A DNA stretch of 53,284 bases from an uncultured bacterium. Lineage in GTDB: Bacteria > CAYUVA01. Shown here piece after piece: positions 9,502-18,664 of the stretch; within the stretch, counting starts at the first letter, position 1; each line of letters starts with the position of its first letter. The stretch covers positions 1 through 53,284 of the forward strand of contig CAYUVA010000034.1 in assembly GCA_964448115.1 (NCBI GenBank), read 5' to 3'. The notes beneath the pieces are model-generated. The model saw only the letters and a list, made by a program, of their open reading frames with translations. It was not told the origin of the DNA and ran no database searches. Both the position numbers and the translations under genes were made by a program.

Positions 9502-11646
9502 ATGATACGAAAGATCTTCCCCTTCTTATCGTGGTTTGATGACTTCAACCTGGCAACCCTGCGCGCAGATTTCATAGCCGGGTTAACCATAGCGCTGGTG
9601 CTCATCCCTCAATCGATGGCTTATGCCCAGTTGGCGGGCTTGCCACCGTATTATGGATTATACGCATCTTTCTTGCCACCGATGGTCGCTTCATTGTTCG
9701 GCTCAAGCAGGCTGCTAGCCACGGGACCGGTGGCGGTGGTATCTATGATGACCGCTGCCTCGCTGGAACCATTGGCGACCGCTGGTAGCCAGCAATATAT
9801 CGCTTATGCATTACTACTGGCGCTGGTGGTCGGCTTATTCCAGTTCGCGCTGGGAGCCTTCAGGCTCGGTTTCGTGGTAAATTTCCTTTCGCATCCGGTG
9901 GTAAACGGCTTCACTAATGCAGCGGCAATAATAATAGCCACCTCGCAGTTGTCCAAGCTATTCGGCGTCTATGTTGACAAGGCACCCCACCATTATGAGA
10001 CCCTTATCAGGGTGATAAGGGCTGCATTTCACTATACACATATTCCTACGCTCTTGCTCGCTGTGTTAGCCATCGGGATAATGTACGGTCTGCGCAAGAT
10101 AAACCCCCGCATCCCTAATGTCCTGATAGCTGTGATTATTACCACCATCATCTCCTGGGCTATCGGCTTCCAGAAAAACCAGGCTACCAGTATCGATAAT
10201 CTGATGGATGCAGCCATAAGCGAACAGATCCGTAAGTTCAACCAAACACTTGAGGAAATTGATAACCTGGGAGCAGAGCGCAGTAAGCTAAATGCAGAGC
10301 TTACCAAGGTACAAAAAGAACAAGGGAAAAAATCTATCCCTGCTTTAGAGCTTCGCCATCGAATTGCGGTTATCAATCTTAAGATCAAAGAACTAAAGGA
10401 TATTGAGGAAGCTCAGCGCACCAAGCTTCGCTTAATAAAGTTTGGCATGATCGAGGATGCCGGGGGCAATCCGAGATTTTATCAAAAAGATAATATACCG
10501 GATGGCTCTGTTGCCAAGGGTGGTATCTGGCGCCTGAAAATAGGTAATAAAAAGCTAAATGAAACGGAGCTTCTATTCATCGGTGGTGGAGCTGTAGTGG
10601 GAGTGATCCCTCGCGGTATCCCCAAGCTGAAGCTGCCCATGCTCGATCTATCCTTGATATTGCAACTCCTTTCCACAGCGGTTATCATTTCACTTCTCGG
10701 CTTCATGGAGGCGATCTCCATAGCCAAGGCGATAGCAGCAAAGACCCACCAGCGCCTTGATCCCAACCAGGAGTTGATCGGTCAAGGGCTGGCTAATATT
10801 ATCGGTTCCCTTGGACAAAGCTATCCGGTTTCCGGCTCCTTCTCCAGGTCAGCGGTTAACCTTCAAGCCGGGGGGATCACCGGTCTATCCAATGTGTTCA
10901 CCAGTTGCATCGTGGTGATCACCTTGCTTTTCTTCACCCCGCTTTTGTACCATCTTCCCCAGTCGGTCTTGGCTTCCATCATCATGATGGCGGTGATCAA
11001 CCTGGTGAACATACCGAGCTTCATTCACACCTGGCGAGCACAACGAGCTGACGGCGCTATATCCATCATCACATTCGTTTGTACCCTAGGCTTTGCACCC
11101 CACCTTGACAAGGGGATCATGATCGGAGTCGTGCTGTCGCTCTGGATCTACCTATACAAGCACATGCGTCCCAAGGTGAGCCTGCTCTCCAAGACCGAGG
11201 AGGGAACCTATAAGGACCAGGATGAGTACGGCTTGAAGCAGTGCCGCCGCATAGCAGCCATCCGCTTTGCCGGCTCACTTTTCTTCGTCAATACAAGCTA
11301 TCTTGAGGACAAGGTGCTGGAGGTGGTCGCCTCCATGCCAAACCTGAAGCATATACTTATTGTGGGCAATGGCATAAACCTGATCGATGCCTCCGGCGAG
11401 GAGCTTCTGTCCCTGCTGGTTGATCGGCTCAGAGACGCCGGCTACGAGGTATCATTCAGCGGGTTGAATCCATCGGTGATAAAGGCGATGAAACGAACAC
11501 ATCTTTACGAGAAGATCGGCGAGCATAACTTCTTCCCCAATGTGGCAACTGCCATTAGCGTCATCCACGCCGAGGCGCACCGCGACTCAAGGGAGGATGT
11601 CTGCCCGTTGCTCACGGTTGTCAAAAGGGATGAAAGTGAAGAATAA
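9502..11646 (+). CDS. SulP (SLC26) inorganic anion transporter with STAS domain
   Basis: IPQSMAYAQLAGLPP..GLY, NQELIGQGLANI, GSFSRSAVN, STAS region LFFVN...IDASG. Confidence 0.95.
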   Translation: MIRKIFPFLSWFDDFNLATLRADFIAGLTIALVLIPQSMAYAQLAGLPPYYGLYASFLPPMVASLFGSSRLLATGPVAVVSMMTAASLEPLATAGSQQYIAYALLLALVVGLFQFALGAFRLGFVVNFLSHPVVNGFTNAAAIIIATSQLSKLFGVYVDKAPHHYETLIRVIRAAFHYTHIPTLLLAVLAIGIMYGLRKINPRIPNVLIAVIITTIISWAIGFQKNQATSIDNLMDAAISEQIRKFNQTLEEIDNLGAERSKLNAELTKVQKEQGKKSIPALELRHRIAVINLKIKELKDIEEAQRTKLRLIKFGMIEDAGGNPRFYQKDNIPDGSVAKGGIWRLKIGNKKLNETELLFIGGGAVVGVIPRGIPKLKLPMLDLSLILQLLSTAVIISLLGFMEAISIAKAIAAKTHQRLDPNQELIGQGLANIIGSLGQSYPVSGSFSRSAVNLQAGGITGLSNVFTSCIVVITLLFFTPLLYHLPQSVLASIIMMAVINLVNIPSFIHTWRAQRADGAISIITFVCTLGFAPHLDKGIMIGVVLSLWIYLYKHMRPKVSLLSKTEEGTYKDQDEYGLKQCRRIAAIRFAGSLFFVNTSYLEDKVLEVVASMPNLKHILIVGNGINLIDASGEELLSLLVDRLRDAGYEVSFSGLNPSVIKAMKRTHLYEKIGEHNFFPNVATAISVIHAEAHRDSREDVCPLLTVVKRDESEE

Positions 11647-11675
11647 TATCGGATCGATATGATTGGAGAAAACAG

Positions 11676-12500
11676 ATGCCTATAATAATTATTACATGTA
11701 GCTCGAAAAAGATTTGCCAAGAGCTTGGAGAAGAGGTAGCTAAGGCTCTCAATTACGATCTTATAAACGATCAGGTGCTCCAAGCCGCCTCGCAAAGATA
11801 CGATGTAGAGGTGGAAAAACTGCGCAAGGCATTGAATGAACTGCCCTCGCTGTTTGGCTTATCCGCTGAGACCATAAAACGATACCTGGCTTATATAAGG
11901 GCTAGCTTTGCCCAACTCATCCTCAAGGGAGACCTGGTCTATAATGGACCCGCTGGGCATCTGTTCATAGATGGCGTCTCTCATGTCATCAAGGTAAGGG
12001 TGATCGCACCGCTCGATATGTTAGCCGAGGAGCTTGCCAATGAAAGTAAAATACCCCTAGCTAAGGCAAAAAAACAGGTGCTAAAGGGAGAAAAGACATA
12101 CCACAAGTGGGTCAAGCTATTTTTCCATACCGATGATACAGATTCCAGGCGCTATGATAAGGTGATCAATCTTGCCCAAACGACCGTTGCCAAAGCAACC
12201 AAGACCATAGTGGAGATGGTGAGCCAACCGAGATACCAACCGATGACCTACTCGGAGCATATCCTTAAGGATACCGAGCTAGCCTACAGAGCCATTGCCG
12301 AGCTGGTTGATCTCGACCCCGATATTCAGGTGAAGGCAAGAGAAGGCGCCCTGGAGGTCTATACCAGAGCCAAGTCAAAGCAGATCCAAGCACATAGTGA
12401 GCTGATAAAAAAGAGGCTGGAAGCGCTTGATGACATTACCAGCCTGGAGATCCATGTCAGCGAGGATCTCTTTGACCGCATGGCAGGAACCATGAGGTAG
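11676..12500 (+). CDS. Cytidylate-kinase-like family protein
   Basis: MPIIIIT..., VAKALNY, HVIKVRVIAP, YDKVINL pattern; directly downstream of SulP. Confidence 0.75.
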   Translation: MPIIIITCSSKKICQELGEEVAKALNYDLINDQVLQAASQRYDVEVEKLRKALNELPSLFGLSAETIKRYLAYIRASFAQLILKGDLVYNGPAGHLFIDGVSHVIKVRVIAPLDMLAEELANESKIPLAKAKKQVLKGEKTYHKWVKLFFHTDDTDSRRYDKVINLAQTTVAKATKTIVEMVSQPRYQPMTYSEHILKDTELAYRAIAELVDLDPDIQVKAREGALEVYTRAKSKQIQAHSELIKKRLEALDDITSLEIHVSEDLFDRMAGTMR

Positions 12501-12549
12501 TAAGCCCAAAAGTCTTAAGCTTTGCGAACCAAGAAACAAAGTGACTAAA

Positions 12550-12578
12550 TAGACTTTTGCATAACAAGGTTATAAAAT
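12550..12578 (+). promoter_or_regulatory. Putative promoter of the MNT-HEPN pair
   Basis: TAGACT, 17-nt spacer, TAAAAT; the small inverted repeat ATAAC-AAG-GTTAT (12561-12573) overlaps it. Confidence 0.4.
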
Positions 12579-12605
12579 GTTACTTGTACTCGAGAGATTT
12601 CAGAT

Positions 12606-12923
12606 ATGAGCACAGTAACCGAAGATTACCTGGAGATTATAAAAAATAGGATAGTAGAAAAATTTAGACCACTGCGTATTATACTATTTGGCTCTCATGC
12701 CCGCGGTGATGCCAGCGAAAACAGCGACTACGATCTGCTAATTGTCTTTGGGAAGATCGAGGATAAAAGGAAACTGCGCGTGGAGATAAGGAGACTTTTA
12801 GCTGATTTACCGATCTCGAAGGACATAATTGTTACTACTCCGGATGAAATTGAAGATATTGGCGATATGGTTGGTACAATCCTGAAACCTGCATTGAGTG
12901 AGGGATTAGTAATTTATGGATAA
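12606..12923 (+). CDS. Minimal nucleotidyltransferase (MNT), putative antitoxin
   Basis: LFGSHARGDASENSDYDLL (GS-x10-DxD); 105 aa; overlaps the HEPN gene. Confidence 0.9.
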   Translation: MSTVTEDYLEIIKNRIVEKFRPLRIILFGSHARGDASENSDYDLLIVFGKIEDKRKLRVEIRRLLADLPISKDIIVTTPDEIEDIGDMVGTILKPALSEGLVIYG

Positions 12924-13332
12924 GAAATCAGCCACCGTAAAGAAATGGCTTCAATATGCAGAAGAGGATTTACTAGCAGCTGAAAAGATTATTCAATTTA
13001 ACTATGCACCACCGAGACTTAGTTGTTTTCTCGCTCAACAATCGGTCGAAAAGGCTATTAAAGCTATATTGATCTATTTGCAGAAGCCCTTTCCCAAAAC
13101 ACACGATTTAGATCGTCTTTTAATACTGATACCAGACGATTGGTCATTTAGAAACAAATACACTGACTTATCATTCTTAACAGATTGGTCTCAGGTTGAA
13201 CGATACCCAGATACAGTATTCGATGCTAGCGAAGAAGCAACTGAGATTGATGCAATAGAAGCAGTCCAACAAGCCAGAGATATATTTGAATTGGTGGTTA
13301 ATGACTTTATCGCAAAAGGATTTAATTACTAA
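12916..13332 (+). CDS. HEPN-domain protein, putative toxin
   Basis: WLQYAEEDL..A, CFLAQQSVEKAIKA, PKTHDL, RYP. Confidence 0.9.
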   Translation: MDKKSATVKKWLQYAEEDLLAAEKIIQFNYAPPRLSCFLAQQSVEKAIKAILIYLQKPFPKTHDLDRLLILIPDDWSFRNKYTDLSFLTDWSQVERYPDTVFDASEEATEIDAIEAVQQARDIFELVVNDFIAKGFNY

Positions 13333-13395
13333 CTCAAACATGGAACGCAAGAATTCGACAATTTGTTTCACCTAAAGCCTAACAAGGAGTCTTTC

Positions 13396-13800
13396 ATGTC
13401 CGAGAAGGATGAACATCTGGAGTGCCTGCTTCTGGAGGATGAGACCGAGGTAGGCATAAAGCTCGGAGAAGCCTTAGAAAAAGCCGGCTGCAAGGTGGAG
13501 GTCTTCGATGACCCCATCTTGGCTTTAAGGCGAATCACTGAGAAGCGTTTTCATATCGTGATCACAGATATTTTTATGGAGGGCATGGATGGACTTCAGG
13601 TGCTTGAGAAGGTGATGGAGAAGCATCCACAAACCAAGGTGATCATGATTACCGGCTACGCGATGATGGAGATGGCTAGAAAGGCTATGGAAAAAGGCGC
13701 ATTTGACTTCATAGAGAAGCCGTTTAAGCCAAAGGAGCTATGCCAGGGAGTAGCAAGGGCTGCTAAGGATCTAGGCATGGGCGACAAGATCAAGTGCTGA
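13396..13800 (+). CDS. Stand-alone response regulator receiver
   Basis: LLEDE, ITDIFM, ITGY, IEKPF; RBS AAGGAG at 13384-13389. Confidence 0.9.
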   Translation: MSEKDEHLECLLLEDETEVGIKLGEALEKAGCKVEVFDDPILALRRITEKRFHIVITDIFMEGMDGLQVLEKVMEKHPQTKVIMITGYAMMEMARKAMEKGAFDFIEKPFKPKELCQGVARAAKDLGMGDKIKC

Positions 13801-14012
13801 AGAATGTTATTGGCTGTTTTTTATCCCTTGCCGAGATGTTTTCATCCTTATTTTACGATCTGTCGAATTATTAAAATATGGATCAATTCTCCACTCTCAT
13901 TGTATATCATATAGCTTGTCAGTTTCCTCATTTGCCCCCTGCTGGCTGCTATGCTAAAATCTTTGCGCTAGTTAAAATAACAGATAACAGACTGATTATC
14001 GGAGATGTTAAT

Positions 14013-15542
14013 ATGTACGATTTCCTGGATGATCTTCGTATAGGAAAGGTTAACTCGGGCGCCTGTTATGGCGAGTGGATTGAGCATCCCAGCGGTGGAG
14101 AACTGGTCTCTTACAACCCGACCAATGGAGAACCGGTAGCAAAGATACTTATGGCTTCAGAGGATGACTACAATACGGTGATGGAAAAGGCTCTCGAAGC
14201 CTTCGAGGAATGGCGAATGATGCCTGCGCCAAAGCGAGGTGAGATAGTCCGTCAGATCGGGCTTGAGCTGCGCAAATACAAGGAGCCGCTCGGCAAACTG
14301 GTCAGCCTGGAGATGGGCAAGATATATCAAGAAGGGCTTGGCGAAGTGCAGGAAGCGATCGATATCGCTGATTTTGCAGTTGGTCTCTCACGACAACTAT
14401 ATGGCTTGTCGATGCACAGCGAGCGCCCGATGCATCGCATGTACGAGCAGTGGCATCCTCTCGGAGTGGTGGGCATAATCACCGCCTTCAACTTTCCGAT
14501 TGCTGTATGGGCGTGGAACTCGATGATCGCAGCAGTCTGCGGGGATACGATGCTCTGGAAGCCATCATCAAAAGCCCCGCTATGCGCAATCGCGGTACAG
14601 CATATAATGAACGATGTCTTTGAGCGCAACAGCTTGAGCGGGATCATGAGCCTGGTCATCGGCAGCGGTCGTTCGGTCGGCGAGATGATGCTTAACGATA
14701 GCCGCATCCCACTGATCTCAGCAACCGGCAGCACTCGCATGGGAAAGCGCATCGGGCAGGTGGTAGGACAGAGGCTGGGACGCACTATCCTGGAGCTGGG
14801 CGGAAACAATGCAATCATACTTGCTGAGGATGCCAACCTGGATCTCGCTTTGCGCGCAATACTGTTCGCAGCAGTGGGAACCACCGGGCAAAGATGCACC
14901 ACCTTGAGGCGCTTGATAATTCAGGAGACGATTGCTGATGAGTTTATTGAGAAACTGAAGAAGGCTTACTCTCAGGTGCGCATCGGAGATCCTCTTGATC
15001 CTGATACGCTTATGGGACCTATGATTGATCAACCGGCGGTCGATGAGATGATGAGCGCGCTCGAGACCATTAAACGGCAGGGCGGAAAGATCGTGTATGG
15101 CGGCAAGCGTCTCACCGATGGTGCTTATGCCAAGGGTGCATTCGTGGAGCCTACATTGGTCGAGGCGCCGCCCGAACTCCCACTGATGCAAGAGGAAGTC
15201 TTCGCTCCCATCCTGTACATCGTGCGCTTCAAGACCCTCGACCAGGCGATTCGTATCCATAACAGCGTCCCCCAGGGGCTTTCATCAGCGATTTTCACCA
15301 ATAATCTACTCTCGGCAGAGGAGTTCCTTAGCCACCGGGGAAGCGACTGCGGCATAGCCAATGTCAACATCGGCACCAGTGGCGCCGAGATCGGCGGTGC
15401 CTTCGGCGGCGAGAAGGAGACCGGCGGGGGAAGAGAGGCTGGCTCCGACTCATGGAAGGCATACATGAGACGGCAGACCTGCACCATCAACTGGAGCAGT
15501 GAACTTCCGTTGGCACAGGGGATCAAGTTCGATATAAAGTAA
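14013..15542 (+). CDS. Aldehyde dehydrogenase family 7 (alpha-aminoadipate semialdehyde / P6C dehydrogenase-like)
   Basis: ITAFNFP, WKPS, ATGS, LELGGNNA, GQRCTT, GAEIGGAFGGEKETGGGRE, LPLAQGIKF. ATG at 14013 follows GGAG. Confidence 0.93.
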   Translation: MYDFLDDLRIGKVNSGACYGEWIEHPSGGELVSYNPTNGEPVAKILMASEDDYNTVMEKALEAFEEWRMMPAPKRGEIVRQIGLELRKYKEPLGKLVSLEMGKIYQEGLGEVQEAIDIADFAVGLSRQLYGLSMHSERPMHRMYEQWHPLGVVGIITAFNFPIAVWAWNSMIAAVCGDTMLWKPSSKAPLCAIAVQHIMNDVFERNSLSGIMSLVIGSGRSVGEMMLNDSRIPLISATGSTRMGKRIGQVVGQRLGRTILELGGNNAIILAEDANLDLALRAILFAAVGTTGQRCTTLRRLIIQETIADEFIEKLKKAYSQVRIGDPLDPDTLMGPMIDQPAVDEMMSALETIKRQGGKIVYGGKRLTDGAYAKGAFVEPTLVEAPPELPLMQEEVFAPILYIVRFKTLDQAIRIHNSVPQGLSSAIFTNNLLSAEEFLSHRGSDCGIANVNIGTSGAEIGGAFGGEKETGGGREAGSDSWKAYMRRQTCTINWSSELPLAQGIKFDIK

Positions 15543-15550
15543 ATGGAATG

Positions 15551-15585
15551 CCCTCTCCCCAGCCCTCCCCCATAGGGAGAGGGAG
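15551..15585. repeat. REP-like element CCCTCTCCCCAGCCCTCCCCC...GGGAGAGGGAG between convergent genes
   Basis: Pyrimidine-rich/purine-rich hairpin; may also act as a terminator. Confidence 0.7.
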
Positions 15586-15603
15586 CGGATTTAAGGTTGC
15601 GCC

Positions 15604-18213
15604 CTATTCGTTGCATATCAGGTACGGCCAGGTGGGGCTTTTGCTTGTGCCTAGTATTGCCCTGAACTCGATGAGCAGCCTCGTTGAACTCCCCGGCGCA
15701 TCGATAGCCGTGCTGTACCCAAAGATACTATCTTGAGGCGCAAAGTCCCCGTTCTCGCCATCATCGTTGAGCCTGATCCCCAGCTCCCTGCCATAATAGT
15801 AGGTGGCGATATAATCGGCATTTCTGAACAGGAATACAGCAACCATAGTCAGCCTCCCCCCATGCTGAGCGGTTAGCGAGGTATCCCAGTATCCAGCAGC
15901 ATCAATGGAGAAGAAATAGCCAGCGGTGGGGGTTGGAGTGAAAGTAGGCTCGGCGGTATATGAAGGGTTCATGGTCGGGGTCGGCGTGTTGGTCGGTGCA
16001 GGAGTGTGGCTACCGGTTGGCGTGGGCGTATCGGTTGGCTCTGGCGTCCAGGATCCGGTCGGGGTCGGCGTTGCGCTATAATCGGGCGTATTGGTAACCG
16101 TTGGTGTTGGCGTCGGTGTCGGCGTCTCCGCGGGGAGCGCATACCCGCAGATCCCTATATCATCGATGTTCCAGCCGGTGTACTGGAAGATGCCACCCCC
16201 GGTCTTCAATCCCCAGCGCAGCTTGACGAATCCCCTGCCCGCTGCCTGTTCGGTTATATCTATACTTACCTCGTTCCAGGAATCATCGGTGATCTCGCCG
16301 GATGAGCGCCAGACCTGTACCCAGTTGCCCCCTGAGAAAACCTCGACCGTAGCCTCATCTGAGCCTTGGCAGTTGAGCCAGCGCCAGAAGATAAGCTCCA
16401 CGGAGACCATGTCGGTAAAATCGAGCGCCGGCGTGGTTACATAGCTGGTCGTGTTTGGCGTATAGTTGCCGTTCAGGTTGTTACCATAAACATTGGGTCC
16501 GGTATGTCCGCCGTCCGGGTCCGGATTGCCGCTCATGAAGCCACCCCCCTGCCCCGTGGGATGACCGAAGGCGAAATCCCCGCTAACCGTCCAACCCGGA
16601 TTAAAGTTAAGATTCCAATAAACCCGCGGGCACTGATAGACCGACCTGGTGATGAGCAAGGTTACCGGCACCTCGAGATGAACCCCCAAGCCAGCGGTGA
16701 TGCTATAACGCAAGGTGGCTAGAGTCCCCTCAGGGGCGCTCGGATGGCAGACGATGCCGATAGGCTGCGCGTTCCCCTCTGCACCCATGGGGAGATTGGC
16801 TATGCTAATGTTGGCATCGAGCACGGTGATATATTGACTTTCACTGCTTACACGAGCGGTAGGATTCATCACATTATACAATGAGTTATTCTTGAAGCGC
16901 ACGGTCAGAAGCCCCTCCTCCCCGGGATCCACCTGCCCATCATCATCTCCACTGCCCTCATCGAAGATCTTCTCCTTCACATCGAGGAAAGGACCAGCGA
17001 TCTCAGCCAAATATAGGCTCGGCTCGAAGACCTCCATGATAAGCGGAATGCGAGCGCTATCCGGTGGGATGAAGGTGCTGCCGACCTCGAAGGTAACTCC
17101 GTAGGTCTTCGGCTTGGCGGTCTGCTCGCCGTACCACCAGTCGTCCGCATCGCCGTTGGTGTTATATATGACTCCCATGCGCGGGTTGCCATACTCGTAG
17201 TTATTGTCCTTGCACATCTCGGACATGAATTGCATGAAAATATCGTGATCCGGGGTATCGCTGTTGATATATCCCCAAGGGCAGAGCAGTAGCCTGCCGT
17301 AGCTATGGTAAGATAAAGCCAGCTTGAAGTCGTGAGCCAGGCACAGGTCCCTCACCGCCTGGTTCTCCGGCTCAGAGAATGCGCTGGGACCTCGATAGGT
17401 CTCGTCTCCTGTATAAGGGCTGGAACCGCTGTTGTCATAGCCCCACATGTATCCCCAGTTGCGGTTGTTATCCACTCCCCAGGTGCCATCGCCGTTGTTG
17501 CGGCAGTTCTTGCGCCAACCGGTGGAGCCGTTGGCCACCCGATTATGCCCGTCCGGGTTCATCATGGGAACGAACCAGAGCTGACGCTCGTTGACCAGAA
17601 AGGTCGCCCTCTGGTCGCTGCCGTAGTTTTCAAGCAGCCAGTTCATTATATAAAGCGGTATCTCAGGGGTGATGATCTCGCGAGCGTGATGACAGCCGAC
17701 ATAGAGCGCCTCCGGCTCATCTTCCTGTACATCCACATTATCCGAGACCTTCATGGCCCAAACATCCCTCCCCTCGTGGGTTGTGCCCAGGCTGACCAGC
17801 TTTGCCAGATCAGGGTAGTTGTTTGCCAGCATCTGCATCTCCAGCAGCATCTCGTTGTAGGTGTGATACTCGCCGAGATCCCCCTTCTCGTAAAGCTGCT
17901 CGGCAGCATAATATACATCCTCGTAAAGAATATAATATTCATCGAAGCCCTCGGAAACTAATATATCCAGCTCATCCTTTACGATAACTGCATCGAACCA
18001 CTTGCACGGCTTGTAGCCTGCTATATCGAGCGATCCAGCCAGCGACGATTGCGTAAGCTCCCTATCCTCCAGGTTGAAGCGAACCAGCATCTTGCCGGTG
18101 AGGGCATGAGAGGAGCCGGTGAGAATCAACATCGCTATTAAAACAGTAAAACAAGACAGCCCAAGCCTGCGTGATCGAGTCTTTACCTTTATTGCACGAC
18201 TAAGAATGCCCAT
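15604..18213 (-). CDS. Secreted M14 zinc carboxypeptidase (carboxypeptidase T-like) with accessory beta domains, PT linker and C-terminal WPY domain
   Basis: HHARE, NPDG, WRKN, NRN, SYHSYG, TFEVG; signal peptide ending SSHA; C-terminus AAGYWDT...DDGENGDF...WPYL. Confidence 0.93.
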   Translation of the reverse strand: MGILSRAIKVKTRSRRLGLSCFTVLIAMLILTGSSHALTGKMLVRFNLEDRELTQSSLAGSLDIAGYKPCKWFDAVIVKDELDILVSEGFDEYYILYEDVYYAAEQLYEKGDLGEYHTYNEMLLEMQMLANNYPDLAKLVSLGTTHEGRDVWAMKVSDNVDVQEDEPEALYVGCHHAREIITPEIPLYIMNWLLENYGSDQRATFLVNERQLWFVPMMNPDGHNRVANGSTGWRKNCRNNGDGTWGVDNNRNWGYMWGYDNSGSSPYTGDETYRGPSAFSEPENQAVRDLCLAHDFKLALSYHSYGRLLLCPWGYINSDTPDHDIFMQFMSEMCKDNNYEYGNPRMGVIYNTNGDADDWWYGEQTAKPKTYGVTFEVGSTFIPPDSARIPLIMEVFEPSLYLAEIAGPFLDVKEKIFDEGSGDDDGQVDPGEEGLLTVRFKNNSLYNVMNPTARVSSESQYITVLDANISIANLPMGAEGNAQPIGIVCHPSAPEGTLATLRYSITAGLGVHLEVPVTLLITRSVYQCPRVYWNLNFNPGWTVSGDFAFGHPTGQGGGFMSGNPDPDGGHTGPNVYGNNLNGNYTPNTTSYVTTPALDFTDMVSVELIFWRWLNCQGSDEATVEVFSGGNWVQVWRSSGEITDDSWNEVSIDITEQAAGRGFVKLRWGLKTGGGIFQYTGWNIDDIGICGYALPAETPTPTPTPTVTNTPDYSATPTPTGSWTPEPTDTPTPTGSHTPAPTNTPTPTMNPSYTAEPTFTPTPTAGYFFSIDAAGYWDTSLTAQHGGRLTMVAVFLFRNADYIATYYYGRELGIRLNDDGENGDFAPQDSIFGYSTAIDAPGSSTRLLIEFRAILGTSKSPTWPYLICNE

Positions 18214-18345
18214 TTTAGTTTCCTTTCAGCTACCTGGTTGCACAATACTAATAGCACCGATGAATTGAACTTTCAAAATCAAGGGATTGCAAAAAAGAAA
18301 AGAGAGATGAGAAGATTGTAACCTAGCGCTTCAGTTTTGGGGGTG

Positions 18346-18500
18346 TTAAGTTGGTGTATTGCTTGGAGTGGCTGTAAAAGTAATTAAGGGTGTAATTATG
18401 GGAGTGGGGCTTATGGACGGTGTAATGGTAGGGGTTTGGGTTTCAAAGTATTACTCATCAGCGCCTATATCAGAAAGAGCAGTATTGGGATTGGGACCAT
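18346..18500 (-). pseudogene. Remnant of a secreted PT-linker protein (DIGADEY-type motif plus linker, with in-frame stops)
   Basis: Minus strand reads [49 protein letters not shown] (stop at 18451-18453). Confidence 0.65.
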
Positions 18501-18588
18501 GCATCTATCCAACCCGATATGAGAGTGATCGTCGAAGTCAAGCACTACTCCGCCATATAGAACCGTCATTTTAGCACCTTTACCATTC

Positions 18589-18618
18589 TTGACTTCTGAC
18601 AGTCTTCGAAAATATAAT
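18589..18618 (+). promoter_or_regulatory. Putative sigma70 promoter for the clostripain gene
   Basis: TTGACT, 18-nt spacer, TATAAT. Confidence 0.65.
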
Positions 18619-18664
18619 ACCCTCTGTTTGATGGTACATTAACCTTCTCAAAGGAGTATCCCTA

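Noticed and set aside
13878-14012. N-terminal extensions in the ORF track (ALDH from 13878, kinase from 1795, TonB from 6234, receiver from 13363)
   Set aside because: Downstream ATG starts fit the family N-termini better, and the ALDH and receiver ATGs also have clear SD sequences.
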